NCBI RefSeq assembly: GCF_006345805.1 | Contig: NC_043005.1 | Location: 62,186,001 to 62,250,000, forward strand | Direction of reading: 5' to 3' | DNA: 64,000 bases | Origin: Octopus sinensis | Lineage: Eukaryota | Shown here: piece by piece, positions 1-15,361 of the stretch | Layout: every line of letters begins with the position of its first letter | How positions within the stretch are numbered: the first letter of the stretch is position 1 | The notes under the pieces: generated by a model | Told to the model about the DNA's origin: nothing | What the model saw: only the letters and a program-made list of their open reading frames with translations | The model's database searches: none | Program-made: the position numbers and the translations under genes

Positions 1-19
1 CATCAAGTGCCATAGTTTG

Positions 20-505
20 TTTTGGCTTGGTTTCTACAGCTGGATGCCCTTCCTGATGCCAGCCACTTTACAAAGTGCACTGGATGCTTTTTACTTGGCA
101 CCATCACTAGTGTTTTTTACATGGCACCAGCACTGCGGCATTTTGTTTGACACCAGTGCCAGTGCATTTTATGTTGCACCAGCACCAACACCAATGCTTT
201 TTACATGGCACCTTGGTTTATCTATATATAATTTAGTTATAGAATATGTATGTGCATATCATCATCATCATCATCATTTAACATCCATTTTCCATGCTAA
301 TATGCGTTGGACGGTTTGACCTGGGTCTGGGAAGCCAGGAGGTTGCACCAGGCTCCAGTCTAATCTGGCAGTGTTTCTACAGCTGGATGCCCTTCTTAAT
401 GCCAACCACACCGTGAGTGTAGTGGGTGCTTTTTACGAGCCACCGGCACAGGTGCCAGGGGAGGCTGGCAATGGCCACAATCGGTCAGTGCTTTTTACAT
501 GCCCT
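20..505 (-). repeat. Two adjacent copies of the (ATG)n-tailed SINE/LINE-3'UTR family (family A): old copy ~20-210, younger copy 258-505
   Basis: Core ctacagctggatgcccttcct..gcca(a/g)ccac occurs twice. (CAT)n tail at 258-277 is followed by ttaacatccattttccatgct. Confidence 0.85.
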
Positions 506-3500
506 GCATATGTTACAACTTATGTAACAAGCATTGCTTTGCTATGAAATGTTATAGTCCATGTTTTATTCATTCCATTTCTTACTTTTAAAAATTTTTA
601 TTCACACTTTCAGCAACTTTAATTGCTAAACCACGAGTTGTATGGTGACCCTCACTTTATTGAAATTCCTTTATTTTCGATATGGGACAAAGTGTGTAAC
701 TTGCAATGTTAATAAATTTGTTTTACTGTATGTTGTCCACCTTTTGTCATCTGTACAAGCTGCATTGATGCTTGAAGCTTACTAACTTCCTACTCTTGGA
801 TTCCTGGACTGTCTTATCTATTACTATATACATATACATAGATGTACACATATTTCATAATCATAACTGAATTATTTTTTAATATTTTAATTAAAAAATG
901 CCAGCTCCAGAATGTTTGATGGTTTAAACATAAAGATATAATCAAAAGTTTAGTGTGGTTTTTAAAAAATCCATGTTTAAATGTTAAGTACATTATTTTC
1001 CTGTGACAATATCCACATGTGCGGCCTTGTTGTACAAATTGAGTACTAAACTTGAGTATAAACTTATATAAAATACTATATTAAAATCTAATTGATTTTT
1101 TAGAAAACTTAAAACAGAAATATGTGATTCCAGCAATGTTGACTTTACTGGTGTAGGTCATAAAAGTGCAATTGCTGTAAAGTTCAAAGATTGTTATCAA
1201 AGTTACTTTACTGTTTTGATTTGGCTTTCTGAACTTTTTCAGTTTATTTAACACAGCAATTACTATAAATCCGACTAAACTCGTTTTCCCATACATCATA
1301 GTATTAAAAAATAGAGTGTATTATAGATGAGAGATAGTTTTTGCAGGATTTCATTGCTCATAATTAGTAATGTGTATTTTACATGTGTGCGTATTTGGTT
1401 CAAATAAATATGGTAATTACTTTTAGTAAAGACAAGAAAATAAAACATAATCTATTCCTTATTGACTATCTTTCTACTGATAATATTAAAAACCTTTGTT
1501 AACAGCTCATGAGGTCTGAAACCATTTTAGACAAAGGGTCACTACATAAAGCAAATATTTAGAGCAATTTAGCCTGGCCAAGTCTACTCTGTATTTAACT
1601 GTTAGTAGTCAACAACTGAAAGCTGAGTTAAAATATTCAGCAATGAAGTTTTTATCCTTGGATAGCTAAATGAATGTAAATCATTACATTTATTACAGAA
1701 GGTCTACTATGGTAATGGCTAGGAATTTATTGATAGTAGCACAGAGAGAAACATTATAGCAGAATACGCTTTGAAAGAAGATCACAGGCTTGTTTGAAAA
1801 TCCATTTTACTATTTTAACAATGTCATGTTAAAAAAGGAAAAACATTTATGGGTTAATCAGGGGTTGAAAAGGTCAACATCCACGATTCTTTCCTTAAGG
1901 GTCTCTGAGTCTGATCAGAAGATGCTATTTTTAGACTAGAGACCATTACAACAGAGCGGACAATGTTAAAGACATCCAAAGGCCATTTCTATGTGCTTGG
2001 CAAATATTAAAAAATTCAGTTAGTCGTTTTTATAGCATTATAAATACTAGTCTTCTAACATAAGAAACTGAAAGAGAAGTTTCATTATTTAAGGAGAAAA
2101 TAAAATTTCATAAATCAAATTAAATTTTAGCTAATTTTTATCTATTTTGTTTGGCAAGTTTTTAGGTAGTAAAACAGAAAACTGTGCTATTTCTGAGCTT
2201 ATTAAATGAAGAATGTGATTTCTGTTATGTTTAAAGCAGATATATAAGTTTCTTCATTGATAAAATCAGTATTTGGAGTGAAGCAAAAGGGATCAATACT
2301 GATGAAAGAATGGTGAAACATTAATCTCTACTAGTGACTAAAAATCAAATAAAAGGAGTGTTTTGTTATCCCAGTGGATAAGTGGTTACTTTTCCATCAA
2401 AATTATACTAATGGAAAATATTTCATCCAAGCTGCAATTTCGTTTAAATTATTGTTGCATTACAGTGTACAGTGCTTACATCCAATATTATATTATCCAG
2501 GGCTTGTGGTTAGTTAGTTAGTTGAGAGAAATGTTCTTCACAAGACCAATAATTTTCTTGTGTAGCCCAAAACTAAAATCAGAATGCCGATATCTTAAGC
2601 AAATATATTAGCGATTTCATCAATCCTGAGATATACAAGTAAAATTAATGTATTTATGTTCAGTCTGTATACCTAACAGGGCATACTCAAACATCATTAT
2701 TAATGGTGATGATATTGTTTACATTTTTAGTTCTATGTTTTAGCTATGCACTCTATAATTTACTATGGAGCACTTGCAAGGTAATTCAAGGGTTGAAGAT
2801 ATTTAAAATGTTGGTGAGAGTAGTTACCTTTCTGGAAGCGATCTTATACATCAGTAATTTTAGTCAGGTTTGAAAAGGTCAGCAGAGAAAGATAATTTTG
2901 AGAATCAACTTATTTAAAGCTCATGTTGATAGCCTTGTGATATTATAACAACACATCAGATAGGTCAATTACTATACTTTAGTTGCCAGGCCAATCCATT
3001 ATTACAGAGGCTAACATACTCTGGTAGCTTTAAAAAATTGTGAATCAGGTTAATGAGATGATAATTTATGTTCCCTCACCTACTTTACCATCTGTATCAT
3101 TTTAAATAAGTGAGCCTCAATATAATTGCTTGACTTGCTAGAAAATAATGGTCAAATCTTCAAACTAGTGTTTGTTATAAAAAAATAAATTTTCATTTGA
3201 TAATGTAATCCAGAATAAATTGTCTGAAAAATGTGGGATGATTATGGCTGGAATGTCTTTAACCATAGACTAGTGTTGACCAGGGTCTAAGAAATAATAA
3301 CATCATTATTGTCTTTCCTAAAATGGGAAAATGTAAGGATCAAAAACTAGATAATTTCAATTGATTAATAAACCATATTATATATAAAGCAACTCAAATT
3401 AAACATTGTTTTGGGGGCTAACAAATATGTAGGACCTAAGAAATTACTAAGACAATTAAGTGAATTTATTTACTTCCAAGGAAAATAATAAATATTTAGA

Positions 3501-6500
3501 TATTAATTTTTCTTGATACAATCTAAAACTTTCCAGTAAATTAATTCTTTACAAAGTTACAATTGAGCCATATATTTCATTGTAAATTTGTAAACATATA
3601 AAAACTATGAAAATGTAGCATGTTGTCTTGACAACTATATTATTTTCCAAAATATACGATTGGTTAATTATTTACTAATTAATACATTAGGTTCTTTTCT
3701 AATTGTGAAGCTAGCCAAAAATTCATGTGTTATTCATATGTTTCATAAAATATAATTAGATATGAAAACTTGGATGGAATAAACTAATAGTTTATTTGAA
3801 ATTTTTAATTAAAAATTTATAAAAAGTCGAGTAAAGTTTTGCTTCGCTATAATTTGTTGCTAATTTAAAAGAATTATTTTGCTTTTAATTAGAGGAAGTT
3901 AAATTAGTTCCTATTTTCCCTTCTAGTTTAGAAGAAAACAATTATAATTTCATCATCTAGAATGTATCTAATATAGTATTTTCCTATTATAAAGAGATAC
4001 AGAGAGAAAAAAGAAAAGTGTTATATATTAATCATATACTTGTTAAAACTTGTTGCCATTAACTGTGAAATTGTAACTATTGAGTTTTGTATTGATGAAG
4101 CAAAGAAAAAAGAAGAGTATGGATATTTTCTTTTTCACTTTGTTGATATTATAAGCACTAAAAAATTGATTTCAAGGTGCCAGCACAAACCACCATTCTG
4201 CCAATGAATACAAACACGACTGCTGGACTTACAGGCTAAGTTGTGCAAGAAGACTACAACTTGGTTGTAACAGGCTGTTTGAGATGCTTGTCATGAGAAA
4301 CATGTTTTAGTTGTGCAGGCTTATTTGCACTTCCATTCTTTGGCTTGACTCTGCTGGATAGGTTTTGAAAATTTGGAGGTTTACAAATTGTTTATTATTA
4401 TTTTCTTTTAACATCTACATTACCATACTTTTACTTGCCACTAAATATCCCAGCAGAAAAAAATGGAAAAGACATTGCCCCAGAGTAGCCACTCTGAATC
4501 ATGGTGCTTACACTTGCAGATAGCCATCTTCACCCTGACAGCAGTGAGAGGGGATATCTTCTGGGGTCTGAGAATGCCAGAGGGCTCCATAGCCATAAGC
4601 TCAACTGTAAACCTACCAGAGACTGACCGATACTTTGGCAGTTTGCCTTTCTCAGCCTGATGAGTAGTGGGGCCTACTTACTCATAAAGTAGGCATAGAA
4701 ACTGTTTTCTGCTATGTAAAATAAGCAATGTACGTAGATATTTAAAAAAGGTGTTATTTTAAAGAATATTTTTTATTACTTTTAATATTTTCACTGGTTA
4801 TTAAATTCAAAACTACCCACTCCAGATATTTAAAAATCAGTATTAACATTTTATCAAACTCTTTCTATAATCCAGTATCTGGATTATAAGGAAAATAACT
4901 TATAAAAATTAATCACCTTCAAAAGTGCTGTATGTGTGTATATAAATCTGTGATTCTGTGTGTATGTATATGCATGCATACATATGTGTATGTATGTATG
5001 TATATCTTTCTTTCTCTCTCCCTCTAAATATATATATATATATATATATATATTTGTAGACAGACATGTATGTGTGTATAGATATACACACATACATACA
5101 TGTATATTATATATATTTGTGTATTTATGCATATATATAATTATATAAAACATATAAAGGAATGAAGATATTTGTGTCACATTGATTACTTGGTTGCAAT
5201 CATTTCAATTACAGGTTGCAAAGATCAATCATTTAACATGCTGGAACAAAAATAAACAATGATTGTTCAACTTCATGTGATATCTAATGAAATCCAATCC
5301 TGTCATTTCATCATAACCCTCAAATGGTATAATATGCTTGGATATAGATACAGTTATAAGTACAATAAGTAGGAGGAGCGTAGAATGTCATAGTAAGAAA
5401 ATAATCACATTGATATGCCTAGGGAAAGACACAAAGTAAAGGGGTTAAAAAGGCAGAAATGTGTGTATACTACTACATAATATCAATAGTGATGCCAAGA
5501 CCAATTAACTCAGGTAAGGCAAAAATGGACACTGTAATAAGCTGTCCAAGCAGAGAGGAGGGTATTCGAATTTGGATAGCAGTAAACATAGTGATACTTG
5601 TAAACAGGCATTAATTAGAGGGAATGGGTATGTCAAGAGTAACATCAAAGAAACAAGGATGAGAAAAGAGAGAGAGAGAGAAAGAGATGGAAAAATGTAA
5701 GAAGATAATGAAGGATAGAAAGATAGAAGTAAAACTGTTCAACTAAAAAGGGCTGATTAACATCTCATGAAATTAAATAGAATAGTTAAATCATAATCAA
5801 AATATAATACAATAATATATTAATATAGTAGAATAATACTAATAATAGTAGTAGTAGTAGTAGTAAAATTAATACAACATACTGAATCAGTATATGGTTA
5901 TACAAGAAAGTGAAAAATTGACATGGGAATTATTAAGATACTTGGGATCAATTTAATAAATGGATGATTAATATCCTAGAAAGTAGTTAATACCTTTACA
6001 AGGGATTAAAAGGGGTTGTAGGACTATAAAATATGGAAAGAGATTAGAGAAGAATAATAGTAACAGTGAAAATTGAAGTGCAATTAATAGAAATGTATAT
6101 CTAATTTTATATAAATTCACATAAGTTAGCTAAATGGAATCTTTAAAAAGGTTTTATTAAATTAATGTGAATAATGGATTTACAACTCAATAAGTTTATT
6201 AATTAGTCCAGAATTACAGCTTAGGATTTCAAGTGCCTCTCTGCAACATAAATTACAACTACCTCACTTCCTTTCATGTACTATCTGTATAATTGAATAT
6301 GAAATAGAGTAATCAGTTTCTATCATTGGGGTACCAAATGAATTGTGCTAATGATGTAGTATGTAATGTATACCTATTGAAAGAATGTCCGTGATATTTC
6401 CATCTTGATTTGAATTTTGATGCTATGGCACCAAGGCAGCAGTATACTTTATTGGGTGTCTGGACAGAACATTTAAATACTATATTTGTCCAGAGACAAT

Positions 6501-6916
6501 AGTTTCTCAAAGGAAATTAGTTTGATATGTACAGTTACACATATCACCAGGTCTACAGAGTAGTAAAGAATTATTGGTTGTATTGTTAATAGAGCTATTT
6601 TCAAGAAGAGGTATGGATATTTAGATGTGTGTGTGTATGCATCTATATATATGTAAATCAAAAAATCAGACGGTAGGAGAGGTGAACACATATCTACTTA
6701 ACCACATGATATCCTTAGAATTACTGCCATTTGGTAACCTTCTTCATGAAGTATTTTAATTTTCGCATGGAAGAAATTATGTTTACATGTTTGCATTGAT
6801 ATGTATGCTTAATATTGTACAATACAATTGTATATTCACAAATTAATGTAAATAAAGAAAGCTAGCTCATCAGACCACCAGATATAATAATTCAACTATA
6901 TGTATGTATGTTTGTT

Positions 6917-6960
<44 letters not shown>

Positions 6961-7536
6961 GGTGAAGGAGAGAGAGAGAGGGGGGGAAGTAATTATGTGG
7001 ATAAACAAATTAAATATAACAGCTTGGGTTTGATATACAAAATATGTATATATGCAAAAATGAGAGAAAGCAAAGACTGAAGACTTTCAGACAATGAATA
7101 TTTAAATATAAATATATAGGTATTTATACAAATAGACCACATTGGACAAAGAAAATTAAAGGGGAGGAAATAAGGTGTTATAAGTTCAATAACTGTTTCT
7201 GGGGGATCAAAAATCCATCATAATGTTAGTAGATGTAGTTCATCACAATATGCAGGTTGTTATGGAAGCAATCAACATTGGATAAATTGAGTCTTTGTCA
7301 TCAATGTAGGAAAGATCTTACATTTTACATCATGATACAGAGAAGCTGTTATATTTAATTTGTTTATCCACATAATTGCTTCCATATTGGTTTAACTTTA
7401 TTCCTCTTATAGCTATTCTTTACCTCATGGAATTTGCTCCTCATGAAGACATTAAAGTCTAAGTTTGAATCATTGGAGTGATACTAAGTGTTTTCTATAC
7501 TGAGAATCTCTGGATTACATCTGTTGATTATATATA

Positions 7537-8726
7537 CAGGGTGTTTAAGGTATTTGAGGACATAGCTTTTTGGGTCATTGCTGCACTTTTTGCTAACTCT
7601 GTATAATTTTTGTTTCTGAAAATAATAATGGCAGACCCTCAGCTTACTCAAGAAATGAGTTATGCTGTTATCATGGTTATAAAGGCTGAGCATAGAAATT
7701 TAGAAATATCTTGATTTTAAAAGTTGCCGTATCTTTTGTCTGTAAAGTTTGTAAGGAGCTAGAGACTGAAGATGGAAACATATCACCAGTATCAAAGTAT
7801 AAAAAGCATTCTAAATGCTCTGAAATCATCAGAACACCTGAATTTATCCAGCAAGTTCAACAGAATTTATCCAGAAAGTTCATGAGGTCAATTGCAAAAG
7901 ATCTCTATATGTCAGAAGGAACAGTCAGAAATGTTGTCCATGAAGACATCAGATATAAGTCTTATATGATGAAAAAAGGTCAAGTTGTCTGAAAAAGCTA
8001 AAGAAAATCACTATATCAGATGTAAAAGACTCTTAAATAAACTGAGAAATCCAGCAGAAGATTTGATTTGTGTTTTCTCAAATGAGAAAAATTTCAACCA
8101 ACATCAAAAAGTTAACGGAAGAAATGACAGATGGTTATGTGCAGATCCTTCTGAAGTTCCAAGTGTTATGCATACAAAATTTCCTGTAACTGTCATGGTT
8201 TTAGGAATTGTCAGCAATGAAGGACATGTGATGCCTCCCTACTTCTTTCCACAAGTTAACTCTGCCACCTACACTGAGGTCCTGGAAATAATTGTTAAGC
8301 CCTGGATAGACAGTGTATGCAATGGAAGGCCATATGTGTTTCAGTAAGACTGCACTATTACACATGACTCTAGTAACACAGGAATGGATGGCTGAACATT
8401 TTCATGATCATATAGCTCCTAACATTTGGCTTCCTGATTCCCCAGATCTCAATCTATTGGACTATTATATGAGGAGCGTTGTTGAGAGAGAAAGGTCAAT
8501 GAACATGTCCATAACACCAAAGATTCTTTGAAAGTTGCCATAGTCAGAGTAATGTCCAAAATGAACAAGGACCACTTGATTCAAGCATGTAGATGATTTA
8601 GATCTCATACAGAAGCAGCTGTTGAAGCTGAAGATGGCTTTATTGAATATCATTATAGCATTTTTTGCTAAATATATTATCTGTTATTATATATCTGTTT
8701 TTTTTTTATAAACATAAATCTGTCCT

Positions 8727-8732
<6 letters not shown>
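7537..8732 (+). mobile_element. Degenerate Tc1/mariner-superfamily transposon (DD37D, maT/mori-like)
   Basis: TA|CAGGGTGTTTAAGGTATTTGAGGACA left TIR at 7537. Partial right TIR tgtcctcaaata at 8721-8732 runs into (TA)n. Frameshifted transposase with an HTH region (SIAKDLYMSEGTVRNVVHED), FSNEKNF, VFQ*D and WLPDSPDLNLLDYY; restoring the frameshift gives 37 residues between the 2nd and 3rd D. Confidence 0.9.
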
Positions 8733-8790
<58 letters not shown>

Positions 8791-8792
8791 TA
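8731..8792. repeat. (TA)n(CA)n microsatellite replacing the outer right TIR of the mariner element
   Basis: Direct reading. Confidence 0.95.
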
Positions 8793-11700
8793 CATGTGGC
8801 TACATCCACTATATTATGAAGTACTTCTGGGGATTTTCATATAACTATGAAAAAATAATACTGGAACTTTACTAATTCACTGAATAAATCAGGTTTTTCA
8901 TGTTTATGCTATTAAAGAGAACAATCTTTAATGAGATGATATTGTTGTTGGTAGTGGTGAAGGTATTTATATCAGTACTGTCTTAGTCATTGGGCTAAAT
9001 GCTAATCTATGTATGCTGTGACTTGTCAATAGATAAATACTATATACCTCACAATATTGTTTTGTTTTGGGGCCTATAATGCTGTTAACACAGCTCTGAT
9101 TGATAATACAGATGATTTCAATAATCTCTTCATACAATCATAGTAATCTGCTAAATAATAATTACTCTAGGTTTTACTGAGGTTCTTTGTGTCTCATCTC
9201 TAATAACTACATTTTAGCTGGCCATTTTGAAACTTGTAGAAATTAATAATTCACTCGCATTTTACAGAATCATGTGCTTAGTCTCATGTTGATATTTAAT
9301 CTACATTAAATATTATAAACAAATATTGTAAACTCTTACATGTTATTTTGAGTGGCAGTTTTATTTTAAATGTCAATACACAATGCAGCAATTACAAAAT
9401 GTCCTCAGTTTTTCAATTTCAAACACAAAGATGACACTTTTACCACCAAACTATACATTAATGTGCACAATATGGATTATGACTGAACAGGTTAATACAA
9501 TTACATATCCCCAAGCTCAAAGACAGACAATATTTACTTGCTGTTTCAACCCAACTGTCAAAGTTTCTTTGATAGTTAGGTTGAAACAGCAAGTAAATAT
9601 TGTTGAATCAATTTTAGAGGTTTTAACATATAACTGACTACAATTTATAAATGATTTTAGCCATTAATCCAAACTCCATAATAGTTATAATCCTGGCGAG
9701 TCATTTTCAAAATTACATGCTGTTTTCAAATTTAGTTATAAAGTAGAATTCTCATGATATATAATCATCACTTCATAGCTTTGTTAAAAGAAACTTAAAC
9801 AAAACAACCAAAAATGATACAGCAAAACAAATGAATTTTTTTTTAAATGTTTTCATAATTAAATTCTAGAAATTTAGCTAATAAAAACAAATTAAGAAGA
9901 CAAAAACAAAATCAAAATGTTATTTTATGAGGATATAAAAACATTTACTTCAGAGTAAATGCTTTAGTAAAATATTTTAAGTGGATGAAGTGATGGAGTG
10001 AATTTTATGAGAAGAACATATCATCAAAAAGTCAGAAACATTTAGTATTTAGTGTTCTACAAAAAGAGAAAGTGTAGGCTGAAAGCTTTTTATTCTATTT
10101 CACTAATCAATTACTTTATGTTCATAGATATGTAGGTTATTAGCTTACTAATAGTATCAACTTCAAAGCCATTATTCTTGTTCCTACATTTATTTAGTAA
10201 TGTAATTTTAATCCTAATTAGCATTAATGATCTTTATGATTTGTTTTCTCTGCATAGTTTAAATAAAGGCTATTTGTTTTTCTTGTGGGTACTCCAAATA
10301 TAAAATTACCGATACTATCCTTTTTTGATTTAACAAGGTTTTCTCACTTTCGTTATCAGCTTCTGTACTGTCATATTGGCTGGTTTCATTTCTGTTTCAA
10401 ATATCAAGCTTTGCCAGTCATTTAATATTTTGTTTCTCATTCAGTTCTTAATATTCAAATGAAGACAAGTGAATTCAAAAATGTCTTTGATCCATTTTTT
10501 TGCTTCAGTCGCCTATCTCGTTTCCCATTTATATTAATGTTTCAAGTAGAAATTATCCTCTCCAGTGGGAGAGAATCAACCAAGAACTACAAGAATCTAT
10601 AGTAAAAGCATTTCCTTACAAGAAATTGCTGAAGGAAATAGTTTGGAATATTTTTTGCAGATGTGAAATTAAAAGTAAAAATAAAGAACAAATATAAATA
10701 TTTTTATGTCTCTATTTCAGCAACAAATAAATCTGTCTTTTAAAAGATTAATATGTTTATAGCTAAATGCCAACAGTATTGTAGCCATCCTATATAGTGA
10801 GTGGATTAATAGGTATTTCTCAGTGTTTTCTCAAATGATATTACGTAATGTTTGTGAAAACTGAGAACCATGTATCTGAAACCTTAACAAATCAGCCTAA
10901 AACATCTAAATGTAAGATGCATCAAGAGAAAGTATATATTATTTAATTTGATTTATTGCTAAGTTTTCTGGTTAATATTTGTTGCTGAGTTTAACATTTT
11001 ATATTACAGTGGTTAGTTAATGCAGGGAAAAGATTTGATTGTCAAAAGTCTGTCAATAATAAAAATTCTCTGTCCTCTTGTGATAAGCTTCTTCATATGT
11101 CATTGCTATACTAAATCTAATTTCTTGGGCTACACAGTAATATTCAATGATTAATGCTTTTATTCTTTATCTGTAAGGTTGAATAGATATTAATAAATTT
11201 ACCTGTAGTACTAATCAAATTTACACTAATATCAGAAGGCACATATATGTGGAAAGACATAAAAATATAGAAAACAGGTGTAGAATTGTGACAAGTCTTT
11301 CACCTAAAATTTGCTCAAGTACAATACATATATTTACATTCCCATGAAAGATTATTATATTTTCATTTTCCTTTCTACTCATATGTCTAGTTTTTTTTTC
11401 TTGTTCTGGTCTTCATAATTGTTTTTATGAAATTCTATACTTTTTTCCCATTGTGACTGTATGATAATTGAGTTAGCAAAAAGACACTGTTGAAATAAAG
11501 CCTAGAGACCTTTATAATCCCTGTCCAATTCATTAATTGCAAGCAACATATATTATTTTTATATATTTTTTATTCTGACAGTGACTGACAACATTAAATT
11601 AAAAGGGTAAGCCTAGAAATCCTGAACCTAGGATGCAAACAACACAACTCAACAAACATATATATTTGAAATATGGAAATAGAAATAGTGTGAAGTACGC

Positions 11701-12728
11701 TGTTTCAAAATTATTATTATTTGAGTAATGTGTACATACACATGCAAGATAATGAATCATTATTATAATTATCATCATCATGTCATCATTAATAATAATA
11801 ATGATAATAATAATAGAATTATTTTTATTTACACACATATAGTTTCAGATAAGGAAGTGAACTCTTAAGGTTAAGGGAATGGTTGCAAAATTGGAATCTT
11901 TATATTTCTACCAGATACTGAGTTAGTAGTGAACAGGGGAAGGAAGATAGAGGGTGACAGTGAAGAATCATGATACAGGGATCACATTTTGTATTCTGGT
12001 ACCTACCTTAGATTGCTGACAAGGGATGAAGAACGTCTGAAATATTGTGGAAATATAAACAGTTTATTGTCAAGTGCATTTTGAAACTTGCTCAAGAGTA
12101 TACAATTATCCCTGACTACACCTAGAAATATCTCGGCTCTTTATCGCATAGTTTTCATTCAGGGGAGACTTATCAAATAAAATTTATAACAAAACAAAAT
12201 GCTTAGAAGGACAAAAAAATGGAAATCAAAAGTTATAACAACTCATTATTTGTATCATTAACATTTTTCTTTTAAAAGTCATTAAAGACAACAGAGATGG
12301 ATAAAAATTCCTGTGTATTCCTCAGCAAAAAATCTTGATCATTATATTTTGAAGAGAAAAATTTCTTGAAATACTTTTTATTGTAAATAAAGATTTTTTC
12401 TTGAATGTGTACTTTTAATAAAAAAATGAAATTTTAAAGATTACTAGATAAACATATTAGAGAATTTTTAATGACATCCAAACATTAAATTCTTCTGTCT
12501 ATAATTCTGTATATTTTTAATTTGAATGTTCTGATGCATATCATGTGTAATTTCAACTTCAAAATCAGATATGTTTGTTGAATTAGGACACATGCACTGT
12601 AAGTATATAATGGGTTTGTAATATGTGTTCTGTTATAAAACTTCAAGTTCAGTACTCTATTCATATAAGTATTTTAATGCTATAATCCACTATAGAATAA
12701 TTCTTTTGTCAATAATGTGTGGGTTTAT

Positions 12729-13070
12729 ATCATCATCATCATTTAACGTCCGCTTTCCATGCTAGCATGGGTTGGACGATTTGACTGAGGACTGGCAAAC
12801 TAGATGGCTGCATCAGGCTCCAATCTGATCTGGCAGAGTTTCTACAGCTGGATGCCCTTCCTAACGCCAACCACTCCGAGAGTGTAGTAGGTGCTTTTAC
12901 GTGCCACCGGCATGAGGGCCAGTCAGGCGGTACTGGCAATGGCCATGCTCGAAATGGTGTTTTTTACGTGCCACCTGCACAGGAGTCAGTCCAGCAGCAC
13001 TGGTAACTACCTCACTCGAATGTTCTGTTCATGTGCCACCGGTACAAGTACCAGTAAGGTGACGCTGGAC
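12729..13070 (-). repeat. Family A (ATG)n-tailed retro-element copy with three ~67-bp 5' modules
   Basis: (CAT)n tail plus conserved core. The module core (t)tacgtgccacc or variant recurs at ~12897, ~12965 and ~13030. Confidence 0.9.
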
Positions 13071-13651
13071 ATATATAGACACACACATACATAGCTGTTA
13101 TTAAACTTAAGGTCTTTTTAGATCAGAGAAACCAGCTTGTAGATATAACACATTTTTAGCAACTGGTTTGATTAATAAATTACTTGTCTAAAGTCCAATG
13201 ATTGAAGGAAGGAAAAAAAAGTTTTGTTTTTGATTTTATAATGCAGTGTTTCTCATGTAGTTGGGGTGGAGCTGCAATGATTTAAAAGAGAGCAGATAAA
13301 TTGCAATGTTTAACAAAAATTGAAATAGTGAAGCTTTTAACTTTTCAAACACCTTGGCAAAGGAAAAAGAATTATATGGATGCAAACTCTATTTTATCTT
13401 ATAAATAATGATGGATGGGGGACAAAAAATTTCATATCTTTTAACAAGGCCTGGTACTTCTCTCTTGAGAATCACTACTGTAACATCTGTAGAATAAATC
13501 TATAGATGTTGGTCAACAGTCTAGTATATCATAACATAAAGAAAACAATTACTACTAAACCACAAGTAATTTATTAATCATATTAGCTGGCAAAAATAAA
13601 TTGTGTTTGAGAATTGACTTATCTGATTTAATAAAACTTTTTTAATAGCGA

Positions 13652-13695
<44 letters not shown>

Positions 13696-15361
13696 TATAT
13701 TGTAATATTTTGAATTCGCCTATAATGGTCCCTTTACATACTGAACACTTGGTGAAACTGATTAATAATTAATTAATTTTACCCTCAATTGTTGAAATTA
13801 TATATATATATTATATATATATATAGTTGACTAAGAATCCATGTCAGAAAAAATATACATTTGTATGTGGGTATATAAATAAAAAAATATACAATATTAT
13901 TAATCCATTTACAGCTGATCTTCTCAATCTGTTTTAAACTAGTTATTAAAACTGTATGTTAGATAACTGCTCAGTTAAGTTGTAAAGTGCACTATTTTTT
14001 TCAATTCCTGTCATCTCTGAAGAGCATGTGATATTACATTACTATTCCGTTATCTAACACCTGGTTTTAATACCCTGTGTGAAACTAATTGATAAGATTG
14101 GCTGCACAGGTACAGTCCCACTGTGAAGTAGCTTTCTAGTAATTTGACTAGAAATTCTTCAAAGTGGCACCCCAGTATGGCTCCAATCTAATGTCTGAAA
14201 CAAGTAAAATATAAAGATAATACACACACATGCATAAGAATTTCTAGTTGAATGACTCTACTCCAGTACTTATTTTATTTTAAAGCCTGGTACTTATTCT
14301 ATCAGACACTTTTTTCTTAAACCATTAATTTACATGGAAGTAAATACTCCAACACTGGTTATCAAGTGCTGGTGTAATCAGTTGCTTCACACACACAATA
14401 TTGGCTGAAATATATAGGTTTCTTTTGTAGTATATTATAATTAAAAAATGAACACTGCTAACACATCTGCAATGCATTATGTCAATAACAGTGTAGTGAT
14501 GATTGATAAAATGATTGACAAAGAAGTCCATAATAATAGAAATACTTTTACTTTTATTTCTAAAAAATGTCTATCTGTCTTAATATTAATTCTATTTCTT
14601 GAGGAAGCTTAATTAAACTCTTTAATTGTAAGGATTGAATGAAATTTATGATACGAGTTTCTATGTTTTTAAAACTGCTTTCTGAAAATTTGGAAATCTT
14701 ACCATATAAAAATTATGTCTATTGAATTTTAAGCTTATATTTCTAAAAGAAATGCATACATTCTTGTAACTATGAACAGATTAAAAAAGTTCTTACTGAG
14801 AATATTTTTGTACAAATAAATAAATACATGCATTTTACTTTTATGCATTGAGCACTTCGCTTTAAATTGAGCTTTCTCCTTATTGTTTTTGTTATATGAA
14901 TACTCAACAATACCAACAGATACATAAAGTATTTCAGCTGATCATATATTGCCTGTGCTTTGGCAGAGTTTCTGTTTACCAAACTAGCACTGTCAAACTG
15001 AGAGTATGATATAAAATACCTGCCAAAATTGCCATGCAGTGTGATTGAGAATAGTACAATGTGATTGTGAAGTAAATTTCTTAGTTACACAGACAAGCTT
15101 GTATGTGCGGTAAAGACGATTCATATTTCCTATAAATTTAATTGGTAATTGCAACATACTCAATACAGACTAGTCTTATCTATTCACTCCATCTTGAAGA
15201 AAAAAATGGTAAATGAAAGGTTTGTGGTAAACACTTGAATGTAGAACGAAGAAATACAAATATAGATTTCATTAAAATGTTACCACTGTTCTACCAGTGC
15301 TTAAATGTGATATGAATAAATGGCTGCAATGTGAAATCAAAATAAGTAGAAAGATTCTAAA

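Noticed and set aside
4233-4274. 42-nt phase 2-2 exon candidate with a gtaagt donor
   Set aside because: Poor polypyrimidine tract and no recognisable homology.
11053-11130. Minus-strand MTYEEA resembling the MAGUK PTYEEV motif
   Set aside because: No donor before the in-frame stop, and the flanking residues do not match the HOOK/GUK boundary.
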